Assembly (NCBI GenBank): GCA_038735125.1
Contig: JAVYNU010000007.1
Coordinates: 60,546 to 92,545 of the forward strand
Direction of reading: 5' to 3'
Source of the DNA: Ignisphaera sp.
Lineage (GTDB): Archaea; Thermoproteota; Thermoprotei_A; Sulfolobales; Ignisphaeraceae
Length of the DNA: 32,000 bases
Part shown: piece by piece, positions 22,716-31,454 of the stretch
Layout: the number at the start of each line of letters is the position of its first letter
Numbering within the stretch: the stretch's first letter is position 1
Translations under genes and position numbers: made by a program
The notes under the pieces: generated by a model
What the model was told of the DNA's origin: nothing
The model's input: only the letters and a program-made list of their open reading frames with translations
Database searches by the model: none

Positions 22716-23252
22716 ATGTTATTGGTGTTTAGATTGAGTAGCAGAATACCCTTGCCATATAGCCCAAAAGTGCTAGAAATATTCAGAAATCCGAGAAATC
22801 TTGGGCCACTAGAAGATGCTAATGTTGTTGAAATGGCTGGTAGCCCTGCATGCGGAGATATGATAAGGCTCTATCTAAAAATTGTTCATAGAGATGATGG
22901 TGACTATATCGAGAAGGCCTCTTTTGAAAGCTATGGATGTGCAGCAAACATCGCTGCTGCTAGTATTTTAACTGAAATGATTATAGGGAAAAAGGTTGAG
23001 GATGCTTGGAAAATATCGTGGAAGCAAATATCTGATGAGCTCGGAGGCCTTCCACCAATAAAATATCACTGCAGCATTCTTGCTGTAGGCGCTTTGAAAA
23101 GAGGTATAAGAGCTTACTATAAACAGCTTGGCTATAACCCACCGTGGCTTCCAAAGGATTTGACTGCTGAGGAGAGGCAGGTTTTAGAGGAAGAGGAGAT
23201 GATGGAGAGATACTATAAAGCGATGAAGGCCTTGAGCGGTGAAAGCCGATGA
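22716..23252 (+). CDS. iscU: IscU/NifU-like Fe-S cluster scaffold
   Basis: YSPKVLEIFRNPRNLG, then the three ligand cysteines in GSPACGDMI, SYGCAANIAAAS and KYHCSILA. It has a C-terminal extension of about 45 aa. The start could instead be one of the downstream TTG/GTG codons (22722-22734). Confidence 0.9.
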   Translation: MLLVFRLSSRIPLPYSPKVLEIFRNPRNLGPLEDANVVEMAGSPACGDMIRLYLKIVHRDDGDYIEKASFESYGCAANIAAASILTEMIIGKKVEDAWKISWKQISDELGGLPPIKYHCSILAVGALKRGIRAYYKQLGYNPPWLPKDLTAEERQVLEEEEMMERYYKAMKALSGESR

Positions 23253-23497
23253 GAGAAATCGATTTGAGATACATCCCAACATCATGCACATCGCATCCAG
23301 TTATAGTCTTAGCCAACACCCTTAAGGATCTGGAGAGAGAAGGTGTTGAAAAATTCAAACTCATTTTCAATGTTGATGACATTCCTGTAAACGCCATAAA
23401 GTTCTTTCTGTCTAAACATGGCTATTGTGTTGAAGAGGAGAGTCCTTTAGACAATAGATCAATGTCTGTTCTAGCCAGTAGATGTGGGAAGAGATGA
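23249..23497 (+). CDS. divergent TusA-like small protein (CPxP replaced by C-T-S-H-P)
   Basis: 82 aa. IDLRYIPTSCTSHPVIVLANTLKDL parallels LDxRGxxCPxPxxxxxxAL of TusA. It has ATGA overlaps with both iscU (23249-23252) and iscS (23494-23497). Confidence 0.5.
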   Translation: MREIDLRYIPTSCTSHPVIVLANTLKDLEREGVEKFKLIFNVDDIPVNAIKFFLSKHGYCVEEESPLDNRSMSVLASRCGKR

Positions 23498-24723
23498 TGT
23501 CTATAGCTCAAAAAGTTAGAGAGCTCTTGAAGTCCCATGGAAGCCCCTCTAAAGAGGTCTACTTTGATTTGGAGAACAGTGGTTTTGTGCCGCAAGAAGT
23601 TGTTGAGGCTATGATACCATATTTTAATAGAATTGGCTATGGACATCCATCAATAACACACAAACCTGGTTGGGAAGCTCTTGAGGTTGTATATGAAGCT
23701 AAGGAGTTGTTGGCCAAGACTATAGGCGCTTCAGATCCAGACGAGATAGTATTTACACATAGCGGTACAGAGGCAAATAACTTAGCCATACTGGGCTATC
23801 TTCTGAAGAATAGGGGTAGAAAGGGTAAGGTTGTTGTATCTGCAATTGAGCATCTAAGCGTTATATTTCCAGCTCAATTCGCTTCAGAGCTATTTGGATT
23901 CAAAACAGTTTTAGTGCCTGTAGACAGCGAGGGCTTTGTTGATCCAGAGCTATTCAAATTGTATGTAGATAAGGAGACTGTTTTTGTCAGTATTCAAATG
24001 GTTAATCATGAGATTGGAACTATACAAAGACTGAAAGAGCTAATCGATATAGCGAAAAGTGTCAACCCCGATATTGTTTTCCACACAGATGCCGCTGATG
24101 CCTATGGGTGGATACCAATAGACGTTAATAAACTTGGGGTGGATATGCTTACAATCAGTAGCCACAAGATTCATGGACCTAGAGGAGTAGGAGCATTGTA
24201 CATTAGAAAAGGAGTAGAGGTTGAGTCCCCTATAAAAGGTCAGCTAAGTGTTGAGAAGAACTGGCCTGGCGTTGAAAATGTTCCGCTTATAGCAGGTTTT
24301 AAGAAAGCCGTTGAGATAATGTTTAGCAACTTCAATTATAGAGTTGAATATGTTAAAAAACTTAGAGACAAGCTTATAAAGGGAATAATATCGTCTGTAC
24401 CCCATACAATAGTCAACGGACCTATAAACGAGTATAGAGTTGCTAACAACGCCAACATAAGCTTTCTGTACATAGAGGGAGAAGCTCTAACAGTTGAGCT
24501 AAGCCTACGCGGAGTCTATGTATCTAGCGGAAGTGCATGTTCAAGTAGAGTCTTAGAGCCAAGTCACGTTCTACTAGCTATTGGAAGAAAGCATGAGGAG
24601 GCACACGGGAGTATACTGTTCAAGGTATCACACTACCACAGAGAAGAGGATGTAGATTACGCATTAGAGGTCATACCAAAAGCTGTTGAAAGACTTAGAA
24701 AAATGAGTGCATGGAAACAGTAA
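23494..24723 (+). CDS. iscS: cysteine desulfurase (class V aminotransferase, NifS/IscS-like)
   Basis: FTHSGTEANN, HTDAADA, the PLP lysine in SSHKIHGPRG, and the active-site loop SSGSACSS. I chose the start at 23494 (ATGA overlap); the ORF track gives 23482. Confidence 0.9.
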   Translation: MMSIAQKVRELLKSHGSPSKEVYFDLENSGFVPQEVVEAMIPYFNRIGYGHPSITHKPGWEALEVVYEAKELLAKTIGASDPDEIVFTHSGTEANNLAILGYLLKNRGRKGKVVVSAIEHLSVIFPAQFASELFGFKTVLVPVDSEGFVDPELFKLYVDKETVFVSIQMVNHEIGTIQRLKELIDIAKSVNPDIVFHTDAADAYGWIPIDVNKLGVDMLTISSHKIHGPRGVGALYIRKGVEVESPIKGQLSVEKNWPGVENVPLIAGFKKAVEIMFSNFNYRVEYVKKLRDKLIKGIISSVPHTIVNGPINEYRVANNANISFLYIEGEALTVELSLRGVYVSSGSACSSRVLEPSHVLLAIGRKHEEAHGSILFKVSHYHREEDVDYALEVIPKAVERLRKMSAWKQ

Positions 24724-24732
24724 AACGAGTTG

Positions 24733-25080
24733 ATGAAAATGATTAAAAAGTCTTTTTGCGAAGAATTCATAAAGAAATACTCAACAACTCTAAGAATTGC
24801 AATAGCTCTAAACCTTGTCAAAAAATACAACATATCCCAATTCCAAGCATCAAAGATGACAGGTGTTCCGCAACCACTTCTCAACTACATCATAAACGGA
24901 AAGAGAAGAATACCAAGATTAGAAAAAATATTGAAAAACGCACAAATGTCTTCGCTGGTAGACGAGCTTTCAACTAAACTAATCAAAGGAGAGGAGCTGG
25001 ACATGTGTAATGTATGCATAAGAGTAAGGGATGTGCTAGGAATATCACATCCATTAACAGAAAAATCCGAAACCAGCTAG
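24733..25080 (+). CDS. small HTH (XRE-like) putative transcription regulator with a C-terminal CxxC
   Basis: ISQFQASKMTGVPQPLLNYIINGKRR resembles an XRE-type helix-turn-helix; DMCNVCIRV follows downstream. It lies 9 nt after the iscS stop, so it is probably co-transcribed. Confidence 0.55.
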   Translation: MKMIKKSFCEEFIKKYSTTLRIAIALNLVKKYNISQFQASKMTGVPQPLLNYIINGKRRIPRLEKILKNAQMSSLVDELSTKLIKGEELDMCNVCIRVRDVLGISHPLTEKSETS

Positions 25081-25120
25081 ATCTATAAATTGCGATCCCT
25101 AAAATAAATCAGCACACCTT

Positions 25121-26050
25121 CTAGATATGCTTTTTAATAAGGTTTTCAACGTATTTCAATATAGTATCGTCATCTAGTATACTAAGAATCTTTATGTGTA
25201 TTGGGATATCCATTTTGGCTCCAGCAGCCGTTTTATGGCCCCCGCCTCCAAGGGCCACAGCTATTTTTCTAACGTCGAAGCCTCTGCTCCTCAAGCTTAT
25301 TTTACCGCTTCTATCAACAACTATGGCTATGTCGGCATCTGCTATGCTCATAGCTCTTGAAGCTAAAATGCTGTTCTCAACCTTCTGGTTTTTGAGTATG
25401 ATAGCAACTTTGATTCCATTTTTCTCGAAGACTCTCATAGAAGGTTTTTTGCTAAGCTCTTTAACCTCTTCTTCAAAACGCTCGATCACCTTCTCCTCGA
25501 ACTCCTCTGTCCATATAACCCCTTTCGAAAGTGTTTCATACACATATTGTCTCCATGCATCTGGGTCTCTTCTTCTGATTAGCCTCATAAAAAATGGTGA
25601 TAATCTGTGGTCGAATCTCCAGAGGTCGGCTCCGCACACAGCGTCTACAAGCCCTTTGACGAATGCCTGGTCTACTAGTCTAGTGGGCGTGGCATATCTT
25701 GCGACAACACCTGTTGCACAAGTTGATCTGTCTATGAATAGCTTTGCACCAGCATCCCCAATTCTCTTGATCCAATCATCTTCCCACACATGGTGATCAA
25801 ACCAAACAATTTCAGCGTCTTTGTTGCGTAGAAGCTCGATGACACCAACAACAAAATCTATGGTATCTGTGTTTGGACCAATATCAAATATTGCCACATG
25901 CTTTGGCCTCTTCTTGTAGACTCTATACAAAGCTTTTTTGAGGTTGTACGGCTCAACAAAAACAACTTTGTGGTTGTCGCCAACAAGATATGTGTAGAGA
26001 GCTGCTGCTGCCACACCATCGGCATCTGTATGGGTTATTATGTAGCTCAA
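25121..26050 (-). CDS. DHH/DHHA1-family phosphoesterase
   Basis: Motifs HTDADGV, FDIGPN, WFDHHVW and GGGHKTAAGA. The TTG start is preceded by GGAGGGG. Confidence 0.85.
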   Translation of the reverse strand: MSYIITHTDADGVAAAALYTYLVGDNHKVVFVEPYNLKKALYRVYKKRPKHVAIFDIGPNTDTIDFVVGVIELLRNKDAEIVWFDHHVWEDDWIKRIGDAGAKLFIDRSTCATGVVARYATPTRLVDQAFVKGLVDAVCGADLWRFDHRLSPFFMRLIRRRDPDAWRQYVYETLSKGVIWTEEFEEKVIERFEEEVKELSKKPSMRVFEKNGIKVAIILKNQKVENSILASRAMSIADADIAIVVDRSGKISLRSRGFDVRKIAVALGGGGHKTAAGAKMDIPIHIKILSILDDDTILKYVENLIKKHI

Positions 26051-26136
26051 ATCCTGGCCCCTCCAAATCTCTGCATTTGCTTGTCAGCTGATATTGTTTT
26101 GCTTTGTGAAAATAATGTGGGTAAAAATCTTGTAGT

Positions 26137-27141
26137 CTACTGGATGTCGAGTACAAGCTGGCCCAGTGGGCTTCTATATTTAAGCTCTTTTAGAGCTTCG
26201 TTAGCTTCTCTAAGCCTATAGAGCTTCACAGTAGGCTTCACACCGTATTTCGATGCTATTTGAAGTGCTTCTCTAACATCTCTTCTAGTAACATTTGCAA
26301 CACTCTTCACCTCTCTCTCATGCCACAGTAGACTATATGGAAGCTTCTCAATGTCGCTCATATATATCTCAGCCAAAACAACCCTGCCACCCTTATCCAC
26401 TTTTTTCAAAGCCTCTATGAACACCGATGAGACTGGTGCATAGACAATAGCTGCATCGAGTGGTCTTGGAGGAGTCTCCTCTGTTTTTCCTGCCCAGTCA
26501 GCACCGTTTTCCACAGCTTTGGATATTTTCCATGGGGAGCTTGTAAACACATATACTGTTAGACCCACTTTCTTAGCCATTTGGAGAACAAGATGGGCGG
26601 CAGCGCCATAGCCGAAGAGGCCCAGAACACCTTCTCCACGGTCAAGAAGACCTGTGAGCCTCAGTGATCTATATCCGATAGACCCTGCACACATAAGTGG
26701 CGCAGCATGTTCATCCTCTAAGCCACTTGGTATAACATGTACAAAATCTGCTGGAGCAACCATATACTCTGCATACCCGCCATCAACAGAGTATCCAGTG
26801 AATAAAGCACTGTCGCAGAGGTTCTCCAAACCCCTTCTACAATACCTGCAAACACCACATGCTCTATAAAGCCATGGAACGCCAACCCTATCACCTTTCG
26901 AGACGTTGGAAACCCTCTCGCCAACCTCAACAACGTATCCAACAACTTGGTGACCTGGTATAACGGGAAGCTTTTTAGGGGGCAGCTCACCCTCGACAAT
27001 ATGGAGATCAGTTCTACAAACACCACATTTGGAAATCTTAATCAATACCTCATCTTCTCCAGGCTTTGGAGTCTCAACATCTGTATACACAAGGGGGTTT
27101 TCATCTATGGGCCCCGGCTTATAGAGCACCATTGCCCTCAT
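26137..27141 (-). CDS. adh: zinc-dependent alcohol dehydrogenase (MDR family)
   Basis: CGVCRTDLH, PGHQVVG, the structural-zinc cluster CGVCRYCRRGLENLC, and the GLFGYGAAAH nucleotide loop. I chose the ATG at 27141 (MRAMVLYK). Confidence 0.9.
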   Translation of the reverse strand: MRAMVLYKPGPIDENPLVYTDVETPKPGEDEVLIKISKCGVCRTDLHIVEGELPPKKLPVIPGHQVVGYVVEVGERVSNVSKGDRVGVPWLYRACGVCRYCRRGLENLCDSALFTGYSVDGGYAEYMVAPADFVHVIPSGLEDEHAAPLMCAGSIGYRSLRLTGLLDRGEGVLGLFGYGAAAHLVLQMAKKVGLTVYVFTSSPWKISKAVENGADWAGKTEETPPRPLDAAIVYAPVSSVFIEALKKVDKGGRVVLAEIYMSDIEKLPYSLLWHEREVKSVANVTRRDVREALQIASKYGVKPTVKLYRLREANEALKELKYRSPLGQLVLDIQ

Positions 27142-27163
27142 AAAAACAAAACCTGTAGCAATT

Positions 27164-27769
27164 CTAGCTTCTAAAACTAAAAACTGTTTTACTAATAACA
27201 TCTACCACAGTTTCAAAATCGCTGATAGAGGTCCCGCTTTTTCTGATAGCCTCTAAAAACCTTTTGTCTAATCTGTAGACATTGCATAGATTAGTAATGT
27301 ACTTACCATCTTTCAATCTAACTGGCTCTACATCAAATATGTGCATCTCTCTACAATAAATTTTAACAGAGCCAATCTCATATCTTTCGAACTCGCCCCA
27401 CACATCTCTGGTGAATATTGCAACTGGTGTTGAGCTCCACACAGTGTTTGGTATTGCTAGCCCCTTTCTCTTAAAGATTCTAACAAGAAGATCTGTATAC
27501 ACCTTCTCAGAGTTTTCACATTTAGCTATAAATGCTTTTAGCTTGTCTCCTATCCCCAGCAACAGTATATCCCCACCTCTTCTCTCAACAACCATAGCAA
27601 AGCTCCTTGCAGTATTGACATCATTGAACAAAACAACTTTGTTTGTCATCATAAAACCTCTGAATCTCTTTGAAGCATAGAACTCTACCCACCTGTAGAG
27701 CTTACCAACAACAATAGCTATAGCCTTAAATGTAGAGAAGCTATTTTCAGATGCGTCAACAGTCATCAT
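27164..27769 (-). CDS. hypothetical protein (201 aa)
   Basis: Clean ORF with a globular composition and no motif I recognise. The start may be the internal MMTNK. Confidence 0.45.
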   Translation of the reverse strand: MMTVDASENSFSTFKAIAIVVGKLYRWVEFYASKRFRGFMMTNKVVLFNDVNTARSFAMVVERRGGDILLLGIGDKLKAFIAKCENSEKVYTDLLVRIFKRKGLAIPNTVWSSTPVAIFTRDVWGEFERYEIGSVKIYCREMHIFDVEPVRLKDGKYITNLCNVYRLDKRFLEAIRKSGTSISDFETVVDVISKTVFSFRS

Positions 27770-27826
27770 GCATCAGCTCGTGGAATAGTCATCACAGTTT
27801 GGTTGTGGTAGAGAAATAAAAACTAT

Positions 27827-28351
27827 TTATGATTGCATATGGGTTTTCTGATCAATTATATCCTTCATCCATTTAGGAATAGAAAAATTATCGACGTGTT
27901 TGTCAGGGGTGTACGGCTTTATGTCTATAACGGGGGTATCATTATACAAATCTATTCCCTCCACAAATATCTTATTCCCATCGATTCTAATAAGCCTTGG
28001 GATTGAAATGGCTATTGGATTGGGTCTATGCGGAGAATTCGATGCAAATACACCAACTGTTGGCAGGTTGTCTAGAGGCGCACCAAATCTTCTTGCAAAC
28101 CCTCTTTGCTTAACCAACAACACCTTTCTTTGATCCTCTCTCACCTTGTGGAGATATGCCACCACTATAATATGCGAGTATTCATCTAGGCCCTTCAGCC
28201 CATCTACATAATCGGGAAGAATCTCTATAACAGCATCCACACCTTTCTCAGATTTTGAGACAAATTCATCTGGATAGCCATGTCTTATAATACCAATGGG
28301 CTTTAAGATAATTGTGTATTCAGCCAGCCATCCTACGGTCATTCTGTCCAC
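27827..28351 (-). CDS. TsaA/YaeB (TrmO-like) SAM-dependent methyltransferase family protein
   Basis: LKPIGIIRHGY, the YSHIIVVAYLH-type motif, GVFASNSPHRPNPI and DTPVIDIKPY are the UPF0066/TrmO hallmarks. Confidence 0.85.
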   Translation of the reverse strand: MDRMTVGWLAEYTIILKPIGIIRHGYPDEFVSKSEKGVDAVIEILPDYVDGLKGLDEYSHIIVVAYLHKVREDQRKVLLVKQRGFARRFGAPLDNLPTVGVFASNSPHRPNPIAISIPRLIRIDGNKIFVEGIDLYNDTPVIDIKPYTPDKHVDNFSIPKWMKDIIDQKTHMQS

Positions 28352-28397
28352 CAGCTCACCTTTCTCATCATTAAAAATAATTAAAAAATAATTTTGT

Positions 28398-29573
28398 TTA
28401 AGCTTCTTGAAGTTCCATATATGTGAGCGTCTTTAGAAATGCTATTCTCTTGTATATCGGTGGATGAGTTGCCAAAATCTCTTCAAGTCCTATGAAAGGC
28501 TCTGCAAATGCATAAATAAATAATGCTTTAATCTTGCTACCCTCAAGTCTTGTAAAAGCTCTTTTATTCACACTATAGTATCTATCTAAAGATTGGAGTG
28601 CCGAGATCATAGCATTTGGAGATGTCACTTTGGCGCCGTGAACATCTGCATAGTATTCCCTCATTCTGGATAGCGCCAACACAATAATTTGTATAATGAC
28701 GCTGACAATGATAAGTGCTATCCCTATCAAGACCAGTAGGAACCCTCCTGACTGGCTTCTCCTATTCTCAGAGCCACCATCTCTATACATACCCGTTGTT
28801 ATGCCTGCGAACATTAGGAATCTGCCAAGGAAGTATATAAACGATGGGAACATTCCAAATATCAGCATAATGCTGTTATCTCTGTGCTTGTGGTGCCCAA
28901 GCTCATGCCCAATAACAGCCTCTAGCTCATCAGAACTTTTCACAGTGTTTAGAAGCCCTCTTGTAATCGCTACATACCTGCCCATCAACGGGGATGAATA
29001 TGCAAATGCATTTGGAATAGCTATGTCGGCTACCATAGCCTTTGGAGGGTCTATGCCAGCCCTCATAGCAACCCTATCAACAATTTTTTGGAGCTCTGGA
29101 TCGTGTTTACAGCCATAGGAAATGTTTATCAAGGCTGGTGATATGAGCCACGATATAAAGGATGGTATGATGGCGAAGGCCAGGGCGAAAGAGGCTATAG
29201 CTAGCGTTGCTTGATACCCAATTAGATATGCTATAGCTGTTACAACAAGCATCGTGGCCGCTATAACACCTGCTGATGTTGCTAGCATAGAGCTTTTGAG
29301 GTGCTCCAACCCAGCAGGAATCCTGTTCCTAACCATTCTCTCAAGGGATGCCCCAGCCAAGATTAGAACGGCTATCGAGACTATATATGCTAGGAGATCT
29401 ACTAGAAGCCAGCTCCAATAGAATGGTGGGAGCCCGTAGAGGGGTACCGCAGATGGATACACAATAGATATTATGATGCCTATGAGAGATATGACTAGTA
29501 GCATAACTGCGATAACGCTTATAATATACAGTACCTTGCCTTTCAAGGCCATGCCAACCACCTTCATATACAC
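28398..29573 (-). CDS. htpX: M48-family (HtpX-like) membrane zinc metalloprotease
   Basis: HELGHHKH (HExxH) lies between multiple hydrophobic helices, with a downstream REYYAD Glu ligand region. Confidence 0.85.
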   Translation of the reverse strand: MYMKVVGMALKGKVLYIISVIAVMLLVISLIGIIISIVYPSAVPLYGLPPFYWSWLLVDLLAYIVSIAVLILAGASLERMVRNRIPAGLEHLKSSMLATSAGVIAATMLVVTAIAYLIGYQATLAIASFALAFAIIPSFISWLISPALINISYGCKHDPELQKIVDRVAMRAGIDPPKAMVADIAIPNAFAYSSPLMGRYVAITRGLLNTVKSSDELEAVIGHELGHHKHRDNSIMLIFGMFPSFIYFLGRFLMFAGITTGMYRDGGSENRRSQSGGFLLVLIGIALIIVSVIIQIIVLALSRMREYYADVHGAKVTSPNAMISALQSLDRYYSVNKRAFTRLEGSKIKALFIYAFAEPFIGLEEILATHPPIYKRIAFLKTLTYMELQEA

Positions 29574-29645
29574 TAGATTCTAGGGTATTTAGATAGCGCC
29601 TTTATTAAGTTTACCACATCTTATTGTATACAGTGTTTTATAGAG

Positions 29646-29945
29646 GTGCATCCATTGAAACTACGATGCATGCAGGAATACATTAGAGAGGAGTATTTTG
29701 AGAGAGATAGTAGAAGGGGGCTATACGCAACATTCACATGGCTTGTTGAAGAGGTTGGCGAATTGGCGGACGCTATTTTGAGTGGGGATAGAGACAATAT
29801 CGAGGAGGAGCTGGCAGACGTTATAGCATGGACGCTGAGTGTAGCTAATCTTCTTGGGGTAGATGCTGAAAAGGCGTTTCTGAAAAAATATGGTGGGGCC
29901 AGAAAATGTGTTGAGGAATCATCTTCTCTTGGACAAAAGCCTTAG
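29646..29945 (+). CDS. MazG-like nucleotide pyrophosphohydrolase domain protein
   Basis: LVEEVGELADAI and EEELADVIAWTLSVANLLGVD are the EExxE/D-type MazG motifs. GTG at 29646 or ATG at 29670. Its 3' end overlaps the convergent CDF gene by 27 nt. Confidence 0.75.
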   Translation: MHPLKLRCMQEYIREEYFERDSRRGLYATFTWLVEEVGELADAILSGDRDNIEEELADVIAWTLSVANLLGVDAEKAFLKKYGGARKCVEESSSLGQKP

Positions 29946-30848
29946 AATCTTTTTATGCGTATTCAAATCCTTGTCCGGCTTTCTAGGCTCTATATGTATA
30001 TACACAAAGCTGTTTAGATGCCTCGCTATATCATTTTTTATATCCTCTATAACCTGGTCAACATCCTCCATACTGAGGCTGGGGTCAAGCTCAACATCCA
30101 TGAAGATGGCGTATCTGTTTGGCTCTAGAACAAGCGTCTTCACAGAGTTAACATCTCTCACAGCTGGATTAGACAAAGCTATTTTCACAGCTCTAGCAAT
30201 GACATGTGAGGGGGCGGATCTATACACCAAGACATTTATATTCTCAGCAATCATTTTGACTAGATATGCAACAAGCAGAACGTTGAGCACAAGAGATGAG
30301 ATACCATCAACATATGCAAACCTGTTTGAAAGTGCTAGAGAGGCTATGGCTATACCCTCTCCAACCACATCATATATGTTCTCAGCTATTATATAGCTTA
30401 GAAGAGGATTTTTATACCCCCTCTCATAGACAAACCTGCTGCTATCTCTCGCCGCTAAGAAAGCTACTGAAAGATCTATAGCCATTGATACAAACATTAG
30501 AAGAAGACCTAGCTGAGTATTTTCAATTCTTGATGGGTGGAGAAATGCATGCAAGCTCTCGATAAAGCCTATGACAGCTATAGAGGCTAGTGCTAGAAGA
30601 CCTATTGCAAATCCAAATACATAGATATACATCCTCTTGCCAAATGGATCAAAAGACTCTTCTTTGCCAAAGGCAATTCTATTCCCTGTAAAGGCAAGAC
30701 CACTGTTAATCAGATCTCCAAAGCTTCTCAGAAGCTCTACAAAGACAGCTGTAGATCCTGTTGATATTGATGCAACTGTTTTTAGAGCGAGTATAGCTAT
30801 ATTTGATAGAAAAGCTATTTTGGTGCTCTTCAAATCAATTATAGACAC
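29919..30848 (-). CDS. cation diffusion facilitator (CDF) family transporter
   Basis: Six predicted hydrophobic helices, DPFGKRM (similar to HPFG), an ENIYD TM5 motif, and a C-terminal cytoplasmic domain (VRDVNSVKTL...FMDVELDPSLSMEDVDQVIEDIK). Confidence 0.65.
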   Translation of the reverse strand: MSIIDLKSTKIAFLSNIAILALKTVASISTGSTAVFVELLRSFGDLINSGLAFTGNRIAFGKEESFDPFGKRMYIYVFGFAIGLLALASIAVIGFIESLHAFLHPSRIENTQLGLLLMFVSMAIDLSVAFLAARDSSRFVYERGYKNPLLSYIIAENIYDVVGEGIAIASLALSNRFAYVDGISSLVLNVLLVAYLVKMIAENINVLVYRSAPSHVIARAVKIALSNPAVRDVNSVKTLVLEPNRYAIFMDVELDPSLSMEDVDQVIEDIKNDIARHLNSFVYIHIEPRKPDKDLNTHKKILRLLSKRR

Positions 30849-30929
30849 CAGTCAAAATAAAAGTATGTGTGGTTTGCTTATAAGCTTAAAACTAAAAGAT
30901 TCGAAACTTATGCCTTGGAGGGTTGTTAA

Positions 30930-31454
30930 ATGCCACAGTATTTTACAGGAGTTGATGTACCTGCATACACTATCGCTACAGTCGTTGGCATAGTGCTTTG
31001 TTTTTGGGGGCTTCAACTATCAAGATTCATAGCATCTATAACATTTGCATCTATTCTAGGCTATCTAACATATGTTTACACATTCAAAGCGTTTGCAAGT
31101 ATAGCTCTCTCAATAATATTCATGTTGCTTGCCATTGTAGTGGGCTTTATACTAGGATTCATTCTATTCAGAGCCTCGCTATCGATAGTATTTGGATATG
31201 TCATTGCATCTATCCTAGTTAGAGATGTTGCAAAGAGCAAAGAATTGGTATTGCTGATTATACTGACAATAATATTCTCTGTCCTAATATATATTCTGAG
31301 CAAATATTTTCTTGCACTATTATTTGCTGCAACAGGCTCAGCATTGATATACAAGAGTCTTGCTGTTCTCGGGCTACAAAGTACCATAGCTTTTTTGATA
31401 GCTATTGTAGTAGCTGTTGTCGGTCTGTATAATCAGCTTAAAAGGAGGATCTAA
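30930..31454 (+). CDS. hypothetical integral membrane protein
   Basis: 174 aa that is almost entirely hydrophobic, with 5-6 predicted helices. No recognisable motif. Confidence 0.5.
   Translation: MPQYFTGVDVPAYTIATVVGIVLCFWGLQLSRFIASITFASILGYLTYVYTFKAFASIALSIIFMLLAIVVGFILGFILFRASLSIVFGYVIASILVRDVAKSKELVLLIILTIIFSVLIYILSKYFLALLFAATGSALIYKSLAVLGLQSTIAFLIAIVVAVVGLYNQLKRRI

Noticed and set aside
29919-29945. A 27-nt convergent overlap between the 3' ends of the MazG-like and CDF genes, considered as a possible antisense regulatory arrangement.
   Set aside because: Short convergent overlaps are common in compact archaeal genomes. No structure or motif supports a special role.
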